Of a stretch of DNA of 34,632 bases, positions 11,701 through 23,700 are shown one piece after another. Under the pieces are notes generated by a model. The model saw nothing but the letters and a program-made list of their open reading frames with translations. It had not been told where the DNA came from and ran no database searches. This DNA is from Halocafeteria seosinensis (taxonomy: Eukaryota), in assembly GCA_001687465.1 (NCBI GenBank), contig LVLI01000085.1:62001-96632 (forward strand), read 5' to 3'. The translations under genes and the position numbers were made by a program. How positions within the stretch are numbered: position 1 is the first letter of the stretch; every line of letters begins with the position of its first letter.

Positions 11701-14700
11701 ATTCTTTGAATGTTTTTGCGATGCAAAATCATATAGCTGAGGGTTTCGCGCTAACTTGGCACCACATGGCCGTAACGACTCAAGAGGTTCATAAGGGGAA
11801 TATTCCTCCACCGACTGGATTTGTTCGTGGCAATCGAAGGTGGTGATTCCATCGTACACTTGGGATACAGATATGGGATCACTCCATGTACCCTCCTTCC
11901 ACGACTTCAAGGCCACACTATAATCCTCAGTAGGTGTATTCGGGTCAAACGATATGAGTTCAAAATGTCCTCCATGAGTAGCATGCGTACTTGGTTCAAA
12001 GACATTGCCAGTAGAGCCCTCGTTCCGAAAAGCGTCTGCAAATGTACAACGCTACTCATTTTAAATGCAAAATTAATCTGGGTGCCGAACCGACTCAAAA
12101 CTTACCGAGTTTATAACGACCCTCCCGGTGCAAGGTTTGTTGAGATTGGAATTCTAGTTCTTGAACCGCTCTGAATAACGGATACAACATTCCGGCTTGT
12201 CTCATTCTATCTTCACCTACGCCGTATTGCATGGCAAACGTGCAACAATTTACTCCCCATACTGGCACAAACAGTCTGAGATGGCAAGCCTGAGAAGCAA
12301 GGAGAGACATAGCAGCAAGTCTGTCTTGAGAGCGCGATCCTGACGACTGGTCGTTAGACTGCACCGACGGAATGAATCCCGCTGTTTCGCCAACATACTT
12401 GCGCTCGCAGTGAATATGAAGGGGCATGACACTCGAAGAAGCGAGCGTAACAACAGAGGTCGATTGAGAAAATGAAGCCCTGAAACAGTATTGGGGATGG
12501 ATTGCTAACCCCTTGCAGCTCGCGTCTGGGCCAAGGATACGATTTGAAGGTCCAGAGTTTACATCAGACCACGGCAAGCAATCGAGTAACTCAGTTCCCT
12601 CAAGCTTGACAGATATTCCAATGGATTGCATCATGTCTAGTGCATCACCGGTAACTGCATCCAGATCTCTAGTTTCATAATTCTTAGTTTTCCTGCTTCC
12701 TTTAACTTTCGAGGATGAGTTATCGAAGAGTAACTCGTTGACATCTTGCTTGTCCCCTGGTCGAAGGCTACCTTCGCAAAGGATAGCATCGTCTGGGATC
12801 CCTCGTCGATCGACCTCAGAGTCATCCAATTCAGCCACTTGAGACTTTTGAGAGAATGCCGACCTTTGGCTCGCCAGGACATCTTCTTTCCTATCCTGAA
12901 GTTTCGGTTGGGCAATGCAGCGGAAACGAAGAGGAAATGGAAGCAAGTTTTCAATTCTCATTGACGGCAATAGACCTATTTGAGTGGTAAAATAATCATT
13001 AACCGAATTTTGTCCCCAGTTGACACCTTCGCGCTGAGCAGAAAGTAAGGACTTCCTCCATATATGAGCGCAGAAGCTGAAGTCACGGGACACCTGTTGG
13101 GCGGTTTCATGTTTCGACTTGCATCGCAGCGAGTACACGTCACCCCAATGCGGTGCTGCACGGTCCTTCTTCTTCTTTCCTTTTGATTGTTCTTCCAGGA
13201 GTCCATCCTTTTCTTGCTTAACGTTTTTGAGCATTTGTGCCTTGCGAAGGTCAATCTCTCCGGACCACGCGAACGTTGAGGATTCTGTATCAAGAGCGGG
13301 GCGGAATCGTACTCTACCGCCAGCAACAGCTTTTAATGGTGCAAATGCTTCGTCCCCGGGCGCAACTACCTCTCTGAACTCCTCAGACGTCGGGAACTCA
13401 TAGCAAAGTTCCATTGGAATGGCACATAAATTATGAATCGCAACCGTAGAACGGATTCGCAAGGTCTTAGCACCAGCAAGGTACGTGATATCTGCGATAA
13501 CGCCCTCTTCAACAGCGTCCACAACACTTCCCTTGAGTGCCCCGGTAATCTTTGTTGTCATTAGCGCATTAGAGGAGAGGGTTAAACATGAAGTACTATG
13601 CAGATCATCATCCAGTGGAGAATAGCCGAATTCTTTGAACTTTTGCTTCAGAACCTCCATCTCGTTGCTGTCCAGAAGTGCTGGGGCGAACGGATTGCAT
13701 CTTGGAGCATAGTAAGGAGCAACTACATCGGTATGAACAACGAAGTAAACGGGGTGGGGAACAGGAAGCTTGAGCCAAACCGCCTGTGAGTTTGTCACAT
13801 CGCTGTTGGCTTCCGCCATTTGCAGTGTAACGTGGGAGACCTTTCCGGCCTTCACGCACAAAGTCCCAAGACCGTCCATAGGCTCATGCGTGCTAGAGGA
13901 TCTGACAAGGCCGGTCAAAGCATCATCGGAATAGCCGTCCACGTTTTTAGGGCGCGGACTAAAGCATGGAACCATCGCTGCACTGCCGTAAATAAACATC
14001 GCTACTTCTGCCAAGGACAGCAGAGTCTGGGCTCTTTGTTGCTCGGTAAACGCGGGATCTCGCACGAACAAGTTGGGGACCTGTAAGACATCCCCAGAGA
14101 TGGTTACATTCATAGACGGAACACAAGGTACCATCGCAGTCCCATTGGAGCCTGCTTCGTCTACATCCACAAGCAGTTTGGAGTACCATTCTCGCCAAGA
14201 AAATGGCCGAAGGACATTGCTGGGAGAAAGATAACGCAACTGGGGGATCCAAAATCGGACGTTTTTGTCTGAGTAGTCCGTCGACCAATTACACCCGAGG
14301 ACTCGGCATAGAGATCGGGCCCACGACTTAAATTCATCGAATGACGAAAACCCCAAGGTTAACTCTGCTTGATGGTTGCTTGAATCCCGCTTCCCCTCTA
14401 TCCATTTTGCGCTTGAGCTACCTACGGTAGAGCCGTAATCATAATACAGCTGCGATGCTTGCAAGAGCGACCGAATTTCGAGCACAAATGGCGTGGGTGG
14501 TCGACAAAGAGGGTCTAAAACTCGTGTGGAAATGACGACGTCTGGATCAAGTAGGTCTATGGGTTTCCTTACCGCTGCATTCGTTGCCCAAACGGGAAAC
14601 TTCTTCATAGAAGGTGGCAACTCAGCAGGATCCTCACGAGGCTCGGGTTTGTCGGCTGGAAATACAAAAACCGATGAACCAAAAACAGCCGCATACTGTC

Positions 14701-17700
14701 GTCTCCACTTGTCTTTCGAGAAGCTATATTTCAATACAGGTCCGGCAACTATTACTCGGTCCCATCCTTCACCATATAAGGTATGCGAGAGTGACGGTGG
14801 GGTCATCCACGAAGGAATGCCCAAGTTACCCACATGAATATTTCTACTCTTTATTGCACCATCACCTTCATCAGTTTCCCGTTTCACCGCAGTAGCGGCT
14901 GAGGTTGGAAATGGGGACATCTCTGGAAAATGAAAATCCAACGTAGCACCAAAATTAGCAGCCCATTCCGTTCCTGGCAACTGTGCTCGTTGCCACATCG
15001 CAGCCTGAGAGCGGCCTCCTGACACTACCCGGGTAGTTACTTGAGAGAGTACCCACAATCCGAGAGAAAGATCCATGAAGCCGAATTGCACAATGTTGTA
15101 CAAGGCCCGTGCCTGGAGTCCCTGTCTTTCCAGTTCGTCGGTGCACGACTCCGCCACATTGAGGAAGTTTTCATCAACAACTGCTTGGGCACTTGTCCAT
15201 CCCCAGCTTTTCAAAAAGCTATAACGTTGCCGAATAATGGAAAGCGCAAGCAAGTAGTCGAAATTTCGAGTTGCATGTACAAACGCCACTAGCAACCCGA
15301 AGTGGTTGCGAAGTCGCTGTACGGTATCCACACTAGCAAACGAATATTCCCCTATGTTTTCGGTCACCAGTTTGTGCCATTGCTTTCGATATTGCCTGAC
15401 GCTGCGGGTATCACTGATGTTGCTACGTGCTTGCGGCTGATGCCCCTGAGTTTCGCGCAGCAAAGCTCCAGCTCGTTGGGAGGTAGAGCAAAACTGTTCA
15501 GTTAGCCTATTAAAATTCGCTTTTAGTTTCGCTGGGTTTCCGAAACTTAAATCAACATCCATATCCAGTTCGTTTCGAATATATATGCCTTCATGGGACT
15601 CTATTTCACTTTGCTTGATTTTCGCAATGCGACTCTTAATGCTATGTCCACGGTTCACCGCTGCAGTTTGGCGACTTTTTGCCTGCTCCGTCATTGTAGT
15701 TTCAAATAAAGAATAAGATTGGAGAATGTTATTCAGGAATGCAACGGAAACGTTAATGTTTAGATCCCTGCAGAACCAAAACGTTCAATAGCACATCCCT
15801 TACGCAGCAACAATAGAGTACTTACTTATTGGAGATGGCACGGAAGTACATATCAGCAGGTACCTCCTCCTCTTGCACGCCTTTATAATCCTCCAGCCAC
15901 CAACCTTCGCCTGGGAGAGCATTCTCCCCAAATTGGGTACCCCTAGTGGGACGCTCAATACGCTGTTCGCCATTTTCGCCGTCGTCCTGAGTTGGTGGCC
16001 GAGAGAGCTGTTCACTAAGAACATTCCTGAAGGCAGCAAAAATAGGAGAATCACTGGAGGAAATCACTTCGCCTTGCCCTCTTGCTCCAACAATCACGTC
16101 CTCAATAGCATATAATGAACTCCCCAAAGCAAGCCGTATGGATTGTTGCTTCCCATGTTGATTGGATCGCATGTGATCCCAAATGTCGTTTTCCGTCAAT
16201 TGCTCCATAAACAATCTATTGGCGAGCTCCGGATGAACTCCCACGAACATTTCGTTCTTGAGAGACTTTTCAATAATTCGCTTCGTGTGTTCCACTCCAT
16301 AAGTCCTCGCATACTCAGCCGCAGAGCGGCCTACAGACTGATTCAAAGTCAAAGGTTCTGGGGCGGCATACTCCAGCCGAGTGGACCATTGCTCAAGAAA
16401 GGGTTCCCACTCGCCTACTCCCGGGTTGTAGTATTCAGCATTGAACGAAACAGAGGCTTCCCCCAGCGCGCGCCCCTTATAGTGGAATGAAACCAGCGAG
16501 GAAGAGATTTTGTCGACGGTAAAGCGCATTAACGGAATGTATCGGCCACCAAGATCGTTCACTACCTCGAACATCACGTGGGGGAAGAAAACACTCACGG
16601 AATTACTCACAGTGTTCGGATCGTTCACAGCGTTATCGATAATTGAGGTGGCGCTGGCTGAGAAAGCGGCATGCTCAATAGCTTGAGAGTAATTAAACCA
16701 TACTAAATCCACTTCATCCCCTGGACAACGTAAACCCAGTGTGTGGGGAGATACTTCCGGAAAATACCCAGTCATGGGATCCGGAATAGAGCTCATGAGC
16801 GAAAATACAGGACCGGTGTTTCTGCGAGCCGACAAATATGCATCGCGCAACGCTAACATTTCCTCCCTCCGAATCACTTCGTTTCCCCTGCGGGCTCTCA
16901 TATTCCCGTATAAGTATGCCCAAGCAGCTCCAAAAAGGGAAATTTCGCATTCACTTCGTAGTGATTTTTGCTGCTGATTCACGCCATTCTGCGGCCAATA
17001 TGCCTCTAGGATCTCTTGCTTCTTACTACTTAAACTTTTGAGACGAGGTTCGTTATGACGTTGAGTTGTCGGTACCCCTTCGAAGAATGAGCTTACAAAA
17101 TCCGGTATTTCCTCTTGTTCGAATGTTCCCCCAGCAATTTTATCACCTTCCTCTACGGCACAGAGCACATGATCGGTTTGATAATTCTCCGGTAATTCTT
17201 CTCCTGTTCCATTCGCATCCGCTCCTTTTCCTGCTGCTTGCAGGGAGAACTGCACAAGCACATCTTCGCTTCCATACATAAGATATCCGTAACAGCTTAG
17301 CACTACTTTGACATCACGTAATCCAGCCTCGAGTTGTATTGAATCGAGAGTTGAGGCAGTCGCAGAGAGACTAGAAGGTATAAGGTTAATATTAGCCGAC
17401 ATATCTCGGGCATTAATCTCCTTCGAGTACGTGGAAGGATCCACAAAAGCTGCTGACCGGTAAAAGTAATATGATGTAATTGTAATCGGACTCATGACGG
17501 GGAACCCACTGACGGAATACTTGCCACCAATGTGTGGTGAATAGTGGTTGGCGTGAAATGCTTCTTCAAGCGTGGTAAACTCAGTGTCCAATTGCTCGAT
17601 ACCAAATCGATGAACGGGAATGCTCTTTGACAAGGCATCAAGGTAGCGGCTTTGCTCCGGACAGAGACTAGTGCTCGTTCTATAGATTTGTAGCTGGTAT

Positions 17701-20700
17701 ATGTGCGAAAGGGCACCCATTTCGCCGGCAGGATTTAAGTCAACATAGTTTTTAGTCCGACAATTCACAACCAAAGCATCACATAACGGGTCACTTATAT
17801 CACTCACAAAGAAAATCTTCGTGTTTCCAGTTCGAGCTCGTAAATGAGTGGCGTATCCCCCTTGCTGCTTTATGGGTCGATAGTTTTGAAGTACAGATGA
17901 AGAAATCAAGTCACCTTGCAGTGGATAAGCTCCGGCCTCTTCGATTCGGGAGAGTATCAACGAGTCAGTGTCCTCATATGCAGCGCGGAGTTCTCTTGGA
18001 TTGAGAGTGGCTTCTCGCGCACCCAGTAGATGTCCTATAGAGTTGTAGTAGTGCCAAGCAGCCATTTCCACAGCGCGCTGGACACCAGACTTTCGAATCA
18101 CGGCGCCTACGTGGCGAGAAGCTTTGTATTCACTCGGCGGGTCAATCCACGAAATGATTCTCCATAACGTCGGCGTTGCAACAATTGTTATGTTATCTGT
18201 CGTAAACTCCCACGTATACACTGAGGATGGGAACACCTGTTGTGTACGATCGTAAACTGCATAGGAATCATCTTGGTCCGCAAATTTCCTTGGACCAGAA
18301 TACATGGCAAACGTCAAGGCCGCTGGTTGTAAGCACAGTCCATTGTTCGAGGCAACGGTAACGACATCGTTAAACACTTCGACGTGCTTATCGGCGGCGC
18401 TTACATCCTCTGGTTCTTCATCTGATCCCTCAAGATAGAAGATACGGCGGAAGCAAGGATGGATCCCTACAGCCGAAGAATTGTCGGTAGTCTTCTTGCA
18501 GTGGGTTATCCCAGCTGATGGGGCTTGGAAGCCGCCCACATTAGCGGGTATCACCCTCTTCTCAGAGGCATCATCAACAGCAACGCCCGCCAGACGCATT
18601 AGAAGCGGCATTTCTGAGACACTGAGAGACATTCCAAACTGAACTCCCCAAGCACTTGCGGTAATCAATGAGTCCGGTTCCAACTGCCGACGAAGAATAC
18701 ATTTCTTGATATCAACAGTGTATCTCTTCCTGTCCGAGGTCCGAGATGAAGCCAAGACTATGGGGTCCGAAAACCAGGGAATGCCTCTATCTTCCTCATA
18801 TGCCGTCAAAGCACCGAAAGGAAGGAACAAACTGACCATGAGGTAGATCAAACCTTCTTCAGACGGAAGGCTGTTCCCAGGAAGTACGTTTTCCAGCACG
18901 CTCCGCAAAGAGGGGCCCAATTCATCCTGTGAAATCTTATTGGTTCTGAAGAAACTTGCAAGCCCCGCTGCGGCGTATCCTGAAGGGCTAAACAACGACG
19001 ACGGGTATCGTTTCACTACAGTAAAGGCTTCGGGAATAGTTGTCGGAGACTCATAAACGTTGAGGTATGTAAAGTTCAATAGTGCCAAGTATTGGAGTTG
19101 CGATAAATGAGCGTGAACTGGTGAGAGAGATATCGCGTACGTCATGGGAGTACCAAACGCTTCGATGGAACCAGCATACTTCCCTTCTTCTGGAAAGCGA
19201 ATGCCTTCCGAGCTGTCGCCCGATACTGCAGACATGCCGAATGAAGCGGTCAAATCAATCCTCTCAAACGCCGTAAACTTCTCCAGTACTTGTCGCGGCC
19301 GCACAAGCATCCCGCGCAACATATGCAACGTTTTGAGAATGTCGTCCGACGAACTGTCTGCATCTTCGTGTACAGGTACTGGGTGGTCACCAATCATGCT
19401 CGCGAGCAAGTAGTCTTGCTGAACCGTCGCAATCTGCTGGGAAACGTTGGAACGAGGACGAAGCGATGTATAGATTCGAATGGTCTCGAGTGAAACATTT
19501 AGGCGATGCGTTCTGCATATTACTTCTGTTCCGGAAACCTGACCGGCCGACTCGGCAGAATCACTCCACCGGTGATTCCATGTCCACGGTTCAAACCAAG
19601 ATAAATGACTAACAGCATCGATATCAAGGTCAGTGGTGGCCTGAGAGAATCTCTCGTCACCAAACGCATACTCTGTATTCCATGCTGGCTGTCGGTTTTG
19701 AACTTCAATATTTTCGACATTACATATTATGCTTTGCGTGTCACCGGTCTGCAGCGGGGCAAGAGTCTGAACATCTTCCAATTTGAGTGTTACCAGCGGA
19801 AGCGGGGCACAAGAAAATACATCTGGTTCAAAGCTTGGACTCTGAGGTTCCACCACAGGTCTTTCGTACAACCGCGCGAATGGTCCGCCAAACAAATAGT
19901 CTACCACCTCATTTATATACTTCTGCAGGTATATGCAGCGGACATGAGATATTCGAGTGTCCAACTCGAGCCCTTGTGGTAAACGGCTCGCTTGCTGCAC
20001 TCCTGTAGTTCCATGTAACATGGATGAAACATCATAAGCAACCGTTGTACAGAAGAATGGGTCCCGATGAGGCCCACTAGTCACTATCGGTTCATGCGAG
20101 TTAAATAGTTGGTGAACGTCTTTACCTGACGCGGTAGATTCATTCGCAACACTCGCAAGTGTTCCCATGAACATTGAGCGGTCTTGCAAATCCGTGAAGA
20201 AGTTTAAGAGTGCCTGATTCTCTAATACGATATTGCATTTCGCCATCGATATTCTTCGAGCGTCTGATGTAGATAACGAACGAAGAAGAGTAACTCCTGG
20301 GATCAACGCATCCTTGATGTGGTTGCTCATTGGCTTCATCTCGGGATCTGTGTCCATCACAGAGCCGCAGGCAGATACGGCCGCAGCATGCCAGACACGC
20401 CGGTCGCCAACGAGTTCTACGTGTTTTCGTGAAGCATTTCTGACAGCGGATCTAACTTTCCTCCCTTTGAGCGTATTCCCCGACATTCCCATTTGAAGGA
20501 GTGACCCATATCGGGATGACCGCTTTGGAGACCCGTGACCCACTTCACTAGTCAAATCCCGCAACGCAAACGTCTGCAGCGAACATCCCAATAGGACAGA
20601 AGAAACAGTAGTATCCGTACTTCCTCCGACGTCGGAGTGCTTTAGAGCCATAGATATTACTGGGTTGCCCAGAGCAATATGACAAATAGGTCCTCTGTAG

Positions 20701-23700
20701 AAGTAGCTGTAGGGATGACAGGTTCCGAATCCGTAATCGATTAAATGACTCGCCTGAGACAAATGTGTACTGGTGTAATCACTTCCACGGACAGCACTAT
20801 CGCTAGGTAAATCGCTGAATAAAGATGAAACACAACTGGTAGTATCCATATTGAATTCATCTGTCAGTTTTCGACCAGGTAATGTCCACGAAGGTAACAT
20901 GCTTTTGGAATGCTCGGGAACACTACACAGATCAACTTTAATATCCTCGGAGCATGGTTCCAATTCTGTATTCATTGTAATATCAATGGAGCCGCATTCA
21001 ATCCCCAGATTCATGCAGGGAACACCAGCAGCATCTTTACTCCCCAAGGGTCCTGTTTGCACAAAAGCGCTTTTCATTGGCGTCTGTGTTCCAGGAGGAC
21101 TCGTTGAAGCAGTGGAAACAGCTTCCTCCTCTCCTTTGTCGCGGGGCTCAAAAATAGCTAAGGTTTCTATCACAGTATCTCGGTTGATGACAAGCGCAAT
21201 ATCAGCGAGCGCGCATTGAACTTTGATGCATGCATCTGGCAGTTGATCCAAATCTACCGTTCCTAATAATGAGAAAAAGGTAGAGTTCACGTCCGATCCT
21301 AGGAGCATACAATACTCGAAAGGTTGAGGTGGCATAGGAAGAGAATGCTCGCTGACTGCGGACCCCTCGCCGAATTGAGAAAGGTATACACCCCAGCCAG
21401 ACTGCTGGATTCTCCATAAATCTTGAATATTGATATATCTTGTACTGAACGACGTGTTGGCGACTTTGGTATCTGCAGTTACGTTAAGGTGGATATCACC
21501 GACGCGGAGTCTCAACAAAGGAAGGCATCCTTTCCCGAGAACTCGACCCAAATGCAGGTTGTCAAACACCCGTAAGCTTCCATTAGAACGGCTGCACATA
21601 CATGATCGAACCGTAGTGCTTGTTCTCGTGGATCGCACTGATTTACCGCCACTGGCGCCCGCTGGAATACCAGCCGGCGCCCTAGTGTGTAGAGCGATGT
21701 CTACTTCCGGAGCAAGAATGGAACATAGCTGCCGGAACACGACAGCTTTCCTGCGATCCTTAAATGCTTGAACAGCAAAACTCAGAACAGCACCCCTATC
21801 ATTTATAGTGGGTAAAACAAAAGGTTTCACAGTCGTTCTAGCAGTTTCGGAGTTAAGAGCGTGCTTACGGATAGCTTCGACCTTCTCTAGAGTGACCACT
21901 GTGGACTTGCAGATCCACAAATTGCATTCCTCAACAAACATTTGCAGTCCCAAAAGCCTGGAATAGTCCCTTCCTTTCAGTAGAGAATCTAAAATCCGCT
22001 CATCGTCTGAATGAGTCGATTTCTCCTCGCGATCATCACCGTTAGAGGAACCCGTAGAATCACCGTTGTTTGCGGCCGCAACGCCTAGATTCAACATCGA
22101 ATGTGATATTCCCTCAGCAAACAACATCATGGCCCTCAGCTTTGCATCAGATACTACAGCATGGAATTTGGATACAGACAGGGCTACTCGTGCGAACGGG
22201 AACTCACTCTGGTGCGCCGTCTTTTCACGAATACCTAGATCCGCCGACACGTTCATAGGGCTGATCAAGAAGTTCGACTCGTCGAAGAACTGGGTGCGAA
22301 CCTTAGAACTTATGTCACTCTTTAAGTCAAGAGAGTGAACATCGGTGATTAAGGGCCCCACCACAGAGGCATATCCCATGCTTACGTGCAAATTTTCAAT
22401 CTTCGTCGAGAGAGTCCGGTAAAGAATTTCGTCCCCAGAGCTGCTCGGTAAAGCGCTTACGCCACGACTAAAATAAGAGCGACGCCAGTGCCCGCAATAA
22501 GATGTCAAATGCCCTAAATCGATAAGAATCAGAGGAGCCGCTTTCGACCGTAATATAGACGGTAAAATTATCCGCGGACATGCAAGAGACAAGTTGACAT
22601 TTAACAATGGAGCCGCTTGTTGGAGCGTGTTTTCCAGCCACTGAGGGTCTTTCTTGGAAAACTCGTAAACTTCCTGATGCTTCGTGACAGAGGATGATAA
22701 TCTTCGCAATTCCATATATTCTATACTCTCTCTCAGGCCTACCCCGGCTTTCTTTTTAGGAATAAAACTCGCAAGCCAGTCACTCAGAAGCACTGGGATC
22801 CGAATATCCAATTTATTTAACCCCATGGACAAACTCACTCGGTCTGTTAGGGAATCATAAAGAAACCGAAGCGAGAGCAGCGGATTTGTTACCAAGCTTG
22901 GGTCAGCAGCTGAAGAACCAAACAGATCAGCAAGATTTTGTAGGAAAGCACTCTTGCTCTTTGTCTTCCCAATCACCGGGAGCAACACAGGCTCTCCTTT
23001 ACTTTGGAGCGAGCAGCAATCATGTAAGGACACAGAGCCAATAGAGAAATTCACTCCTGGTGAAGGTCCAAGTGATCTAGGTCTATTGAAACAATTATTC
23101 AGGGCTGCAGCCGCAGCACCATCCAGTACCCATCCTGTCTTAACGTGCTGCGTATCTCGCAAGACAAGAGACAGACCCTCAGCGTGTGCAAGTTTGCTAC
23201 CGATGGCGTTATAGTTGTCCACCGGGAAAGGAGCTTGAACGTCGATTTGAGAACGAAAATCGGTTGCGAAGAATTTGGTAAGAAGCTTTGGGTTTACGTA
23301 CTGTGACCGCTGCGATGCTATTGGAGTCTCCGCTACAGTCTCCAACGAAAAGGATCCTAAATTGAAGACAACCGATACGAGGGAGCGAAGTTCGTAAGTA
23401 ACGCCGAGGAATCTAGCACGATAGTCATCGATAATCGCTTTTGAGTTGATTGCGTCATGACAATATCTCTCCAAGGACTCCCGGAGCGTCAATAAACTAT
23501 CACCAGTAAGCTGGTCATCCACTGGAGCACCGCACTGACTAAGTTCCTCCGATAAGCAACTGCATTTCGTTATATTCAAAAGCTCATTTAAAGACGATGG
23601 TTTGAGATCCCTCAAGTCTAAACTGGGTGGACGCTTCGAATTTCTTAAACCTATTAAAGAAAGAGCCCAAGAAAGTAGTCGTGACTTCCGTTTTGACTGA

